The notes below the pieces were generated by a model. That model saw nothing but the letters and a program-made list of their open reading frames with translations. It was not told where the DNA came from and searched no databases. Shown in pieces: positions 10,303-19,949 of a stretch of 64,000 nt of DNA. Both the position numbers and the translations under genes were made by a program. The stretch lies in the NCBI GenBank assembly GCA_038231155.1, contig JBBRLY010000012.1:192645-256644 (forward strand), in the 5' to 3' direction. The stretch comes from Candidatus Saccharimonadales bacterium. GTDB lineage: Bacteria; Patescibacteriota; Saccharimonadia; Saccharimonadales; JANWIN01. Each line of letters begins with the position of its first letter. Within the stretch, counting starts at the first letter, position 1.

Positions 10303-10983
10303 ATGGTACAATTCAATCTACTGCCAGATGTAAAAATGCAATACGTCAAAACCAAGCGTATGCAGCAGTTAATAATTCTAGTATCCGGTTTAGTGATAAC
10401 CGGAAGTTTAGTAATCTTAATTTTAATGTTTATGGTTGTTAAAGTTTTCCAAACCAAACACCTAAGTGATGTAAACAAGGATATTAAAAAATATTCCAAT
10501 CAGATAAAAGGCAAGACTGACATTACTAAAATATTAACTATTCAAAATCAGTTGAATAGTTTGACTGGTCTGCATAACCAAAAACCGGTAGCCTCACGTT
10601 TGTATGGTTATATTGGTCAAGTTACTCCAACCCAGATAACGATTTCTGGTTATAATATAGACTTTGATGCTCATACAATCCAAATTACAGGGGGAGCCGA
10701 TACCATAATTAGTATTAATACCTTTGTTGACACACTCAAATTTACGACATATAACAATGGCGATAGTACTAACTCCGCTCCAGCTTTTTCTAGCGTGGTT
10801 TTAAGCAGTTTTAGCAAAACCGACAAGGGTGCCCAGTATACGATTAATATGAATTTTGATTCTAAAATTTTTGATGGTAACTCGACACCAACGTTAGTTG
10901 TTCCTCCTGGTAAAATAACCACCCGTTCAACAACTGAAAAACCACAAGATTTATTTAAACAATCAACAACAGGGACACCATAG
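10303..10983 (+). CDS. pilN: PilN-like pilus assembly protein
   Basis: FNLLP motif near the N-terminus followed by a single TM helix; position after pilM. Confidence 0.65.
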   Translation: MVQFNLLPDVKMQYVKTKRMQQLIILVSGLVITGSLVILILMFMVVKVFQTKHLSDVNKDIKKYSNQIKGKTDITKILTIQNQLNSLTGLHNQKPVASRLYGYIGQVTPTQITISGYNIDFDAHTIQITGGADTIISINTFVDTLKFTTYNNGDSTNSAPAFSSVVLSSFSKTDKGAQYTINMNFDSKIFDGNSTPTLVVPPGKITTRSTTEKPQDLFKQSTTGTP

Positions 10984-10991
10984 GTTTATAT

Positions 10992-11669
10992 ATGAACGTT
11001 AAAGATGCCCTATCATCCAAGCATGTACAAATAGATAAAGCCAATGCCACAATGGTTGCAGCTATCGCTACAGCCAGCTTCTTAGCTATCTTTTCATTAT
11101 TTGCATCAAAAGCTTTATGGAGTCAAAGCGCCTATCAAAACCGAGTTATTGTTAAAAAAGAAAAAGCTCGTGACCAGTTAAAGAAAAATGTCGACACTGC
11201 TACCCAATTAACTACTCGCTATCAAGCCTTTGTTAGCTCTACGCAAAACGTCCTTGGCGGTAATCCTACTGGCCAAGGTGCCAACGACGGTGATAACGCC
11301 AAGATAATACTAGATGCTTTACCTAGTAAGTATGATTTTCCGGCAGTAGCAACCAGCTTAGAAAATCTTCTAACCCAAAATGGACTAAAAACAAATTCAA
11401 TTACTGGTACGGACGATGAAGTGGCTCAAGGAGGTAATAAATCTAGCCCAGATCCTCAAGTAGTCGAGATGCCATTTCAGGTAAGTGTAACTGGTGCCTA
11501 TACTACGATACAGAATCTAACCAACATTTTTGAACATTCAATCCGACCGATTCATATTAAAACAATTCAATTTACCGGTAGCGATAGTATTTTAACAATG
11601 AACGTTGATGCCATTACTTATTACCAGCCGGAGAAAAATCTAGATAATACATTTGAGGTAGTAAAATGA
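10992..11669 (+). CDS. pilO: PilO-like pilus assembly protein
   Basis: Single N-terminal TM, coiled region, position after pilN. Assigned mainly by context. Confidence 0.45.
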   Translation: MNVKDALSSKHVQIDKANATMVAAIATASFLAIFSLFASKALWSQSAYQNRVIVKKEKARDQLKKNVDTATQLTTRYQAFVSSTQNVLGGNPTGQGANDGDNAKIILDALPSKYDFPAVATSLENLLTQNGLKTNSITGTDDEVAQGGNKSSPDPQVVEMPFQVSVTGAYTTIQNLTNIFEHSIRPIHIKTIQFTGSDSILTMNVDAITYYQPEKNLDNTFEVVK

Positions 11670-11917
11670 AACAAAAAGACATAACATTAATAATCGTAAT
11701 AGCCTTTATAAGCGGAGTATTTTCGATTATCGCTTCCAAAACTATAATTACACCTAGCAAAAACCGTCAAACTAAGGTTGAAGTAGTCAAAGCCATAAGT
11801 GCAGACTTTAATGATCCGGACCCTAAATATTTTAATTCTAATTCGATAGATCCGACGCGTCTGATTACCATCGGTAATAATAGCAATCCACTACCTTTTA
11901 ACGACCAAAGTCAGTAG
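11666..11917 (+). CDS. small single-TM protein in the pil operon
   Basis: 83 aa, one TM helix, overlaps the upstream stop by 4 nt. Confidence 0.45.
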   Translation: MKQKDITLIIVIAFISGVFSIIASKTIITPSKNRQTKVEVVKAISADFNDPDPKYFNSNSIDPTRLITIGNNSNPLPFNDQSQ

Positions 11918-11931
11918 GGTAGAAAGCTAAA

Positions 11932-13716
11932 ATGGCTGTGCTATCGGCTAACATTCAAAAACTGGTTGAAGACAACTTACTTAAAGATGGCCTTTTAACT
12001 GAAGAAAAACTAAAAGAACTAAAAGATAAGGCCGAGAATAATAACACGCCACTTTTTAGTTTATTAGTTAACGACGGCATAGTAACTAACGAAACTCTAA
12101 CCCATGCCATAGCTAAAACTACCAGGGTGCCGTACGTTAATTTGAGCAAAGCCACTATTAATCCTGAAGTCTTAGCCCTATTACCGCGCGATCTGGCCGA
12201 ACGCTACATGGCAGTACCGCTCGGCGAAATGCAGCATCACTTAGTTGTAGCAATGCTAGATGCTGATAATGTCCAGGCAGTAGATTTTTTGGCTAATAAA
12301 ATTGGCCGACCACTGAAAGTCTACTCCGCTTCTGAAGAGGGAATTCGCAATATACTGGGGCAATACAAGGGAGAATTTAATTCAAACGTTACTAATGCTC
12401 TAATAGATCAAAAAGATATTGAAGACGTGGTAATCGATGATAGCGAAAAAGAAGACATCGAAACTATTTCTCAAGACTCGCCAATTAGCAAGATAATCAC
12501 CGCGATTATGGAATATGCCGTTGGCCATAGAGCTAGTGATATTCACATTGAACCTCAAAAAGGTAGTCTTAAGATTCGTTGTCGGGTTGACGGGCTGTTA
12601 CGAGAGGTTATGAAATTACCTAAAAGCACCGAACCTCCGATAATCTCTCGAATAAAAATTTTATCCAATTTAAAGATTGATGAACACCGTATTCCGCAAG
12701 ATGGACAGTTCACTATAAAGGTATTGAACCATAACGTTGACTTAAGAGTAGCAATTTCTCCGGTGGTTTGGGGAGAGCAAGTTGTTATTCGTTTATTGGA
12801 TAAATCCGGTACTAGCCTTAAATTAGAAAATTTAGGTTACTATGGCCGCTCACTCAGGACCATTCGGGAAGGTTTAAAACATCCTAACGGAATGATTTTA
12901 ACCAGTGGTCCTACGGGTTCTGGAAAAACTACTTCCATGTATGCTCTTATTCAGGAGATAAAAAACGATACTGTCAATATCGTTACACTCGAAGACCCAG
13001 TTGAGTATAAAATGGACGGCGTTAATCAGATTCAGATTAATGCAGATGTTGGTCTAACTTTTGCCACTGGCTTACGATCGATTTTGCGACAAGACCCCAA
13101 TATAGTGATGGTCGGTGAGATACGTGATAAAGAAACGGCACAACTTGCAGTACAGTCAGCTTTAACTGGACACCTAGTGCTATCTACCTTACACACTAAT
13201 TCGGCAGCTGGAATTCTACCCCGGCTACTTGACATGGGCATTGAGCCATTTTTAATAGCTTCTACCGTACATACTGTTATTGGACAACGCTTAGTGCGCA
13301 GCATTCCCGAAGAAATTAGTGAATCTTATCAAAGTGATATTGCCGAAACAGAGGCCATCAAGCAAACAATTGGAAATTTATTACCGACTAGTGAAAAAGA
13401 GCAAAAATCGGTTGGCGAAGATTTAGGCTTTGAAAACTTGCCACTCAAAAGCCAAAACGCTTATACTTTATATAAGGGCCAGAACAGTCCCGATAATCCT
13501 GGGGGTTACAAAGGGCGAGTAGGATTATATGAGGCATTTAATGTGTCAGAAAAGATTCAAGATCTTATTCTAAAACAAGCAACTAGCGGTGAAATCCAAA
13601 AAGCCGCCCAATCACAAGGTATGATTACAATGCGTCAAGACGGTTATCTTAAAGCCTTATCGGGGATGTCTTCACTAATTGAAATTAACCGTGTGGCAGT
13701 AGCGGAAACCACTTAA
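11932..13716 (+). CDS. pilB: type IV pilus assembly ATPase PilB (GspE family)
   Basis: N-terminal T2SSE_N-like region, Walker A GPTGSGKTT, Asp box, Walker B, His box (LSTLHTNSAAG). Confidence 0.95.
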   Translation: MAVLSANIQKLVEDNLLKDGLLTEEKLKELKDKAENNNTPLFSLLVNDGIVTNETLTHAIAKTTRVPYVNLSKATINPEVLALLPRDLAERYMAVPLGEMQHHLVVAMLDADNVQAVDFLANKIGRPLKVYSASEEGIRNILGQYKGEFNSNVTNALIDQKDIEDVVIDDSEKEDIETISQDSPISKIITAIMEYAVGHRASDIHIEPQKGSLKIRCRVDGLLREVMKLPKSTEPPIISRIKILSNLKIDEHRIPQDGQFTIKVLNHNVDLRVAISPVVWGEQVVIRLLDKSGTSLKLENLGYYGRSLRTIREGLKHPNGMILTSGPTGSGKTTSMYALIQEIKNDTVNIVTLEDPVEYKMDGVNQIQINADVGLTFATGLRSILRQDPNIVMVGEIRDKETAQLAVQSALTGHLVLSTLHTNSAAGILPRLLDMGIEPFLIASTVHTVIGQRLVRSIPEEISESYQSDIAETEAIKQTIGNLLPTSEKEQKSVGEDLGFENLPLKSQNAYTLYKGQNSPDNPGGYKGRVGLYEAFNVSEKIQDLILKQATSGEIQKAAQSQGMITMRQDGYLKALSGMSSLIEINRVAVAETT

Positions 13717-13725
13717 GGGGGAATT

Positions 13726-14796
13726 ATGGCAGGACAAGGTGTACGAATTGAACTTTTGTTAGAAGAAGTCGTCAAAAAGAAAGGTTCTGATCTTCACTTG
13801 CAAGTAGGCTTGCCGCCAATGATTAGAGTTGACGGTGCATTGTTGCCAGTTACGGCAGCCGAACCATTGGATGAAGAAACTCTGGAAACCTTAATTTTCA
13901 GTATATTAGATGAAGATCAAAAACAAATTCTATTAAAAGATAAAGAATTTGATTTTAGTTTTGCATTTGGTGACCTGGGAAGGTTTAGAGTTAATGCCTT
14001 TCATGAACGCGGTAATTTAGCGGCAGCTCTACGCTTAATACCTAATGAAATACGTGGTATTGAGGAATTGGGACTACCAGCTGTAGTCAATAAATTTGCT
14101 GATTACCCTCGAGGCTTAGTACTAGTTACCGGGCCAACTGGCTCCGGAAAGTCAACCACTCTGGCGGGCCTTATTAGCCGAATAAATAATGAGCGAGCAT
14201 CGCATATTATTACTATCGAAGATCCAATAGAATACACTCATAAATCCAAAAAATCGATTATTGTACAACGCGAAGTTCATTACGATACTTATTCATTCAG
14301 TGCGGCTTTGAGGTCCAGTTTGCGTGAGGACCCAGATGTTGTATTGATTGGAGAGATGCGAGATCTTGAAACCATATCTTCAGCTATTACGATCGCTGAA
14401 ACTGGCCATTTAGTTTTGGCGACTCTACATACCAACTCTGCAAGTCAAAGTATTGACCGAATGGTAGACGTTTTCCCACCACACCAACAGCCTCAAATTA
14501 AAGCCCAACTTGCCAATATTTTGATGGCAATTTGTGCGCAGCGACTTATCCCCGCCATTGGAGGTGGTCGAATTGCAGCTGCTGAAATATTAGTTGCTAC
14601 ACCGGCTGTACGCAACATTATTCGAGAAGGTAAAACTCATCAGTTGGAAGCAGTAATTCAAACTGGTTCTGAGCATGGTATGCAGTCGATGGATAAAACT
14701 TTAGTTACCATGGTCCACAGCGGCACCATTAGCTATGATGAAGCCCGTATGGTAGCAGTTGATCTAGAAGAGTTCGAACGATTGATGAGAGGTTAG
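13726..14796 (+). CDS. pilT: twitching motility ATPase PilT
   Basis: 356 aa, GPTGSGKSTT, AIRNIIREGK motif characteristic of PilT. Confidence 0.95.
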   Translation: MAGQGVRIELLLEEVVKKKGSDLHLQVGLPPMIRVDGALLPVTAAEPLDEETLETLIFSILDEDQKQILLKDKEFDFSFAFGDLGRFRVNAFHERGNLAAALRLIPNEIRGIEELGLPAVVNKFADYPRGLVLVTGPTGSGKSTTLAGLISRINNERASHIITIEDPIEYTHKSKKSIIVQREVHYDTYSFSAALRSSLREDPDVVLIGEMRDLETISSAITIAETGHLVLATLHTNSASQSIDRMVDVFPPHQQPQIKAQLANILMAICAQRLIPAIGGGRIAAAEILVATPAVRNIIREGKTHQLEAVIQTGSEHGMQSMDKTLVTMVHSGTISYDEARMVAVDLEEFERLMRG

Positions 14797-14861
14797 AATG
14801 ACCGGACAAAGTCCAGACCTAAAATGTGATTGCTTAGTCCAAAACAAAATGGAGAAGTACG

Positions 14862-16079
14862 ATGTTGACCTATAAATATACCGCCCGAGAAGCCACAAGC
14901 GGTAAAAAGGTGCAATCAGTAGTTCAAGCTGACAGTGAACAAAGTGCTGCAAAGATTCTTAGGGGCCAAGGTCTATCGGTTATTAATATCAAAGTATATA
15001 AAAATACTGGTGGTGTCTTTAGTAAAATAAAAAATCGTATTACAACCAAAGATAAAATACTTTTTTCAAGGCAATTATCTACTTTAATAAATGCTGGCTT
15101 ACCTTTAGTCCAAAGTTTACGTAGTGTCTCAAACCAAATTACTAATAAATCTTTTAAAGTCGTAATTAACCAAGTAATTAATGACATCGAGGGTGGATCA
15201 GCCTTTTCAATTGCGCTTTCCAAACATCCGAATGTTTTTAATGAGATTTTCGTTGGACTGATTGGAGCTGGGGAAGTTTCCGGTACATTGGATAAAGCCT
15301 TGGCCCGCTTAGCAGATCAACAGGAAAAAGACGCTGAAATACTTAGTAAAGTCCGTGGAGCTTTAATCTATCCAGCAGTTGTTATTTTTGTAATGGTGGC
15401 AGTTGTACTATTTATGGTTTTAAAAGTCTTACCTCAAGTAGAAAACCTATATAAGGGTATCCCTGGAGTAAGTCTGCCGCTTTTGACTCGAGTGTTATTA
15501 GTATTTTCACATTTAATTAGTAAGTATTGGTGGATAATAATAATAGGTATTGGTGTACTTGGTTTCTTTACCTCCCGCTGGGCTCGTACGCTTGGTGGCA
15601 AGCAAGTAGTTGATAAGATTAAGATGAAAGCTTGGCCAATCGGACCACTATTTATGAAAATGTATATGGCAAGATTTGCTCGCACGGCCAATACTTTAAT
15701 TGCCAGCGGTGTGCCATTACTTCAAGTACTGGATATTACATCCAAAGCAATAAATAATGTCCATATAGAGGCATCAATTAAAAAAGCTTCCGAAAAAGTA
15801 AAGGGCGGTGTGGCCTTATCTGACGCAATCACCCATGACAAAAATTTCTTGGAGTTAGTCCCCAGCATGCTAAAAATAGGCGAGCAATCCGGCGCCATGG
15901 AAGACATGTTAGCTAAAGTAGCCGACTATTATGAAAAAGAGGTAGATAATCAGATAAAAGCTGTCCAAACAATCATTGAACCTGTACTAATGATCGTACT
16001 AGGAATTGTGGCTTTGATCATTGTTGCGGCAATATTATTACCAATCTATGGACTGGCTGGTAAAGATTTTATCCACTAG
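14862..16079 (+). CDS. pilC: type IV pilus platform protein PilC (GspF family)
   Basis: Two T2SSF repeats, three TM segments, 405 aa. Confidence 0.9.
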   Translation: MLTYKYTAREATSGKKVQSVVQADSEQSAAKILRGQGLSVINIKVYKNTGGVFSKIKNRITTKDKILFSRQLSTLINAGLPLVQSLRSVSNQITNKSFKVVINQVINDIEGGSAFSIALSKHPNVFNEIFVGLIGAGEVSGTLDKALARLADQQEKDAEILSKVRGALIYPAVVIFVMVAVVLFMVLKVLPQVENLYKGIPGVSLPLLTRVLLVFSHLISKYWWIIIIGIGVLGFFTSRWARTLGGKQVVDKIKMKAWPIGPLFMKMYMARFARTANTLIASGVPLLQVLDITSKAINNVHIEASIKKASEKVKGGVALSDAITHDKNFLELVPSMLKIGEQSGAMEDMLAKVADYYEKEVDNQIKAVQTIIEPVLMIVLGIVALIIVAAILLPIYGLAGKDFIH

Positions 16080-16169
16080 GGGCCATTAAAAGACTTGCAA
16101 TTTAAACACAAGCATAATAATATCCTTAGTATGATGAAAAATAACAACTTACAAGGGGGGCATAGTTAA

Positions 16170-16673
16170 ATGCTATCTAAATTAAGAAAATCTAATAAAG
16201 GCTTCACGATTATCGAAGTACTGATCGTGTTGGCAATTGCCGGACTGATCCTTTTGATCGTCTTCTTGGCAGTGCCTGCCTTACAGCGCAACCAGCGTAA
16301 TACATCGCGTAAACAAGATGTATCACGAGTTGGTGGCGTGGCAACCGAATGGGTCAGCAATCATAACGGTGCATTACCAGCGAATGCTGCCGCGCGTGAT
16401 ACAATCGCAGATTCTGCGGGTCATCTTGCTCAGCTAGACTTAAACAGTGTTGCGGCTAAGCATGCCAATTTGGTACTTGCTGCGGCTGGAGCAGGAGTCA
16501 CAGCTAATTTAAATGATATAACCAAAGTCAAACTTGTAACAGGTGGAAAATGTGTTGATCCAATAGACGGTACTGCGACACAGGGTACTGATCGACAGAT
16601 GGCACTTCTATATACGAACGAACAAGCTGGCATAGCCACTCCTGGCGGCGCTAAATTGTGTGTCGATATTTAA
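16170..16673 (+). CDS. pilA: type IV major pilin
   Basis: Prepilin leader ending KG then FTIIEVLIVLAIAGLIL (Glu5); C-terminal Cys pair; followed by a strong terminator. Confidence 0.85.
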   Translation: MLSKLRKSNKGFTIIEVLIVLAIAGLILLIVFLAVPALQRNQRNTSRKQDVSRVGGVATEWVSNHNGALPANAAARDTIADSAGHLAQLDLNSVAAKHANLVLAAAGAGVTANLNDITKVKLVTGGKCVDPIDGTATQGTDRQMALLYTNEQAGIATPGGAKLCVDI

Positions 16674-16692
16674 AGGTTAAGATAATCTAAAA

Positions 16693-16726
16693 AAAGATAG
16701 AGCCTTTGGGCTCTATCTTTTATTTT
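16693..16726 (+). terminator. rho-independent terminator after the pilin gene
   Basis: 11-bp perfect stem AAGATAGAGCC/GGCTCTATCTT, TTTG loop, then a T-rich tail. Confidence 0.75.
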
Positions 16727-16750
16727 GGCAGTAACTGGTATTATATATAA

Positions 16751-17584
16751 ATGCTATTGGTAATTATTATTGTTGGTTTAGTGTTTGGCAGCTTTGCCAA
16801 TGCGGTTATATATCGGTTGCATCAGCAAGCAGAGAATAGATCAAAAAATACAACTAAAATTAAACACGGTAGACTATCGATTTTAAAAGGTCGCTCCATG
16901 TGCCCAAATTGTCAACATACGCTTGTATGGTATGATTTAATACCATTGGTTAGCTGGATTAGCCTCGGTCGTAAATGTCGATACTGTTATAAACCAATTT
17001 CAGCCCAATACCCAATAGTAGAATTAGCTACAGCCGGTCTGTTTACGGTTTCTTATTTAACTTGGTCCAGTTTAAGTGGGTCAATTGATTGGTTTGAGTT
17101 GATTATTTGGCTAATTCTGTTGCTTGGATTAGTGATTCTGCTAGTGTATGACTTACGCTGGATGTTATTACCAAATAAAATTGTTTATCTGCTTATAATT
17201 GTGGCAATAGCTCAAATCTTAATCAGTGGGATTGCGCGACATGATATCGCTCGTATATACAATCCATTACTAGGTGGACTTATAATTAGCGGTATATTTT
17301 ATGCAATATTTGCGATATCCAAAGGCATGTGGATTGGCGGTGGAGATGTTAAACTTGGGTTTTTACTGGGAATAATCGGCGGTGGATCTTTGCAAGCTAT
17401 AGCAATAATTTTTATTGCCTCAGTGCTTGGCAGTATTATTACTATCCCAATGGTGATGAATAAAAAGATTAAAGTTCAATCTAAAGTTCCGTTTGGGCCA
17501 TTCCTAATAATAGCGGGCATTATCATTAAACTGGTGGGCAGTAGCTTAATAGCTTGGTACAAGCGCAAGCTACTTATTTCTTAA
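16751..17584 (+). CDS. pilD: prepilin peptidase / N-methyltransferase PilD (A24 family)
   Basis: Cys-rich CPNC...CRYC region, multi-TM, GGGDVKL active-site motif. Confidence 0.9.
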   Translation: MLLVIIIVGLVFGSFANAVIYRLHQQAENRSKNTTKIKHGRLSILKGRSMCPNCQHTLVWYDLIPLVSWISLGRKCRYCYKPISAQYPIVELATAGLFTVSYLTWSSLSGSIDWFELIIWLILLLGLVILLVYDLRWMLLPNKIVYLLIIVAIAQILISGIARHDIARIYNPLLGGLIISGIFYAIFAISKGMWIGGGDVKLGFLLGIIGGGSLQAIAIIFIASVLGSIITIPMVMNKKIKVQSKVPFGPFLIIAGIIIKLVGSSLIAWYKRKLLIS

Positions 17585-17654
17585 TGCAAGATAAAGCTGT
17601 AATTATTTTTCTTGACAGATCAAATCATCGCAAATTCAGTACTTTATCAAACGT

Positions 17655-17668
17655 GCTTATGCTATACT
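17655..17668 (+). promoter_or_regulatory. extended -10 promoter GCTTATGCTATACT
   Basis: Same motif as at 9065; the -10 ends 7 nt before ATG 17676 and there is no SD, so the mRNA is probably leaderless. Confidence 0.5.
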
Positions 17669-17675
17669 TAAGCCC

Positions 17676-18584
17676 ATGAGCGGGGTAAAAGTACCCGGTG
17701 GTTTTACTATCGTGGAAACTATGATTTTTCTAGCTGTTAGTGGGGTGCTACTTGTTGTTGCGCTTAATATTACTAATGGTAAACAGGCCCAAGTTGAATT
17801 AACTCAAGATGCCCGTGATCTAGAGACTAGTATTAACAGTGTTATCGGAGATGTTTCCAAAAGTTATTTTCCCAGTAAAAATAATCTTATATGTAAAATA
17901 AATGCTTTTGGTGATCCACAACCTCAACCTGGCAGCAATACTCAAGGCACCAATCAAGACTGTATTTTTTTAGGTAAAGTAATTCAGTTTAGTGCAAATA
18001 GAAATTCTATGAGAGTTATCACAGTTGTTGGCCTGAGGCAAAATTCGATGAATCAAGATGTCACTAATTTTACCGATGCCAAACCCGTAGCTGTTCCGCT
18101 ACTAGACCAAACAATTAGCTTAAATACTATGAAACCGATATATATGGGGTGGCAACCACATCAGCTCTGCCACCCTTTTCCTAATCAGTGTAACGTAGCA
18201 AATACTTATCCCACTAATTCACTCGGAATATTCTTATCTTTTCCGGGATCAGTTACCGGAAATGTAGTAGGTTCTGGTTTTGTTTATCTTATGCCGCTAC
18301 GTATACCCGGTGGCCCTGCACCTGATATATCAACCGGAACTGATAGTGATACTAACAATGCGATTAAAACTCAATTAAAGCTCACAAGCCCATATATCAA
18401 TCAAGGCTATTTCGGGGTATGTTTTAAAACTAATAATGACACTCCGGTCGGTATGTTATTGACTGGAAGCGGTAATAACGGTGGTCTAGCTGAGGCCCAT
18501 GTTGTCATTGCTCAATCTCCACAATTTATTAGCGATGCCTTAACAGGCGATCGCTCTTCCACTATAAAGGCATCTTGCTCATGA
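17676..18584 (+). CDS. minor pilin-like protein
   Basis: Prepilin motif GG/FTIVETMIFLAVSGVLL with Glu5. Confidence 0.7.
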   Translation: MSGVKVPGGFTIVETMIFLAVSGVLLVVALNITNGKQAQVELTQDARDLETSINSVIGDVSKSYFPSKNNLICKINAFGDPQPQPGSNTQGTNQDCIFLGKVIQFSANRNSMRVITVVGLRQNSMNQDVTNFTDAKPVAVPLLDQTISLNTMKPIYMGWQPHQLCHPFPNQCNVANTYPTNSLGIFLSFPGSVTGNVVGSGFVYLMPLRIPGGPAPDISTGTDSDTNNAIKTQLKLTSPYINQGYFGVCFKTNNDTPVGMLLTGSGNNGGLAEAHVVIAQSPQFISDALTGDRSSTIKASCS

Positions 18585-19138
18585 AAAATATATATCATGC
18601 ACTAAATCAAATAGGTGATACGATCGTAGAAGTACTAATCTGTTTAGCTATTGCTAGCTTAGCTCTAGGTCTTAGTTACGGAATTGCCAGACGTAACTTA
18701 ATTCAAGTACGTGATGCCGAAGAACGCCAGGAGTTATTAAAACTAGTTGAAGAACAATTAGAACGTCTCCAAGCAGTCGCACCTACTAAAGCAAAATCAG
18801 TAGGAGATTCCGATTGTACTTCAAACGGATGGGTGGCAAACCGTTGTTTCAAATTTAATAACACTGCAGGTAATGTCTTAGCCTTTTGTATCCAATCTGA
18901 TCTGTCAATATCTGTTTACAATAATGCTACTCTAAATACTCAACTATCTTCTTCATCGGATGCTCAATGTCGATCTTCAAATCCTCTCTACCGAGCGTTA
19001 CTTTATTATGACCCTGATCACGGCCATAACCCAGATAACGAATTTTATGCTATTGGCATCAACAGTAGTTTACTTGGACCTGAAGCCAATGCCAGGGGCT
19101 ACGGGGTTATCACTGATATGTATAGGCTACACCCATGA
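18575..19138 (+). CDS. minor pilin-like protein
   Basis: G/DTIVEVLICLAIASLALG N-terminal hydrophobic helix with Glu5; overlaps the upstream gene. Confidence 0.6.
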   Translation: MLMKNIYHALNQIGDTIVEVLICLAIASLALGLSYGIARRNLIQVRDAEERQELLKLVEEQLERLQAVAPTKAKSVGDSDCTSNGWVANRCFKFNNTAGNVLAFCIQSDLSISVYNNATLNTQLSSSSDAQCRSSNPLYRALLYYDPDHGHNPDNEFYAIGINSSLLGPEANARGYGVITDMYRLHP

Positions 19139-19947
19139 GTAAACTGGAGAAACCAACTACCATTAGCTCAAACCTGCCAGAAAAAAATTATCAAGCTGGA
19201 TTTACAATTATTGAACTGATGATTGCCAGTACAATTTGCACATTTTTAATTTTTTTTATAGGCGCAACAGCTATATATATTAGCCAGTATTTAAATAAAG
19301 CAGTCTGGAGTAGTGAAGTACAATCCGATGCTAGATTATTTATTGATCAAATTACACTGCCAATCCAACTTAGTGGAGAAAAAATAGTGTTAGGTAACGG
19401 TGGAAATCCATGGCCAAGTCCTGGTGCTCATGGTTTACAACCCACTTTAATTCTTAAAACGCTTTGTATTGGAAGTACTCGTTTTACCTGGACAGAGGGT
19501 TTAACCGATAATATAGTCGGACCTCCTTATGATCATACAAACCATACAATACGTCACGTGCTATGGAAGGATGTTTTAACCGATGATCCTACTGGCCTAT
19601 GCCCACCTGCTAATTTAACTGCTCCCATAGGAGGAAATCCGGACTTCGATGGTACAACCTTCTATCCATCACCCTACGAACCTAGCACATTCTCTAGGGA
19701 CGTTAACTCCTACTCTGATTTAATAAAAAGAGCCCATGGTATTAAATCACTAAGTATAAGCCAAAGTCCGACAAATAATAGACTATATATCGTTAACCTA
19801 GAACTATTCTTTGGTAACGAAAAATTTATAATTCGCAGCTCTAGTATGGCAGATAATAATATTGATAGTTGCCAGTTAATTACGCTTGGGGGGGAATTTT
19901 GTGGTATATCCAAGTTTGATACATCAATTTACAGGAGGTTATTGTAA
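19135..19947 (+). CDS. minor pilin-like protein
   Basis: AG/FTIIELMIASTICTF prepilin motif; 4-nt overlap with the upstream gene. Confidence 0.7.
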   Translation: MSKLEKPTTISSNLPEKNYQAGFTIIELMIASTICTFLIFFIGATAIYISQYLNKAVWSSEVQSDARLFIDQITLPIQLSGEKIVLGNGGNPWPSPGAHGLQPTLILKTLCIGSTRFTWTEGLTDNIVGPPYDHTNHTIRHVLWKDVLTDDPTGLCPPANLTAPIGGNPDFDGTTFYPSPYEPSTFSRDVNSYSDLIKRAHGIKSLSISQSPTNNRLYIVNLELFFGNEKFIIRSSSMADNNIDSCQLITLGGEFCGISKFDTSIYRRLL

Positions 19948-19949
19948 AT

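Noticed and set aside
9674-16639. Numerous 60-100-aa antisense ORFs inside pilM, pilN, pilB, pilC and the pilin gene
   Set aside because: All are embedded antisense in strongly supported genes and lack any motif or translation signal.
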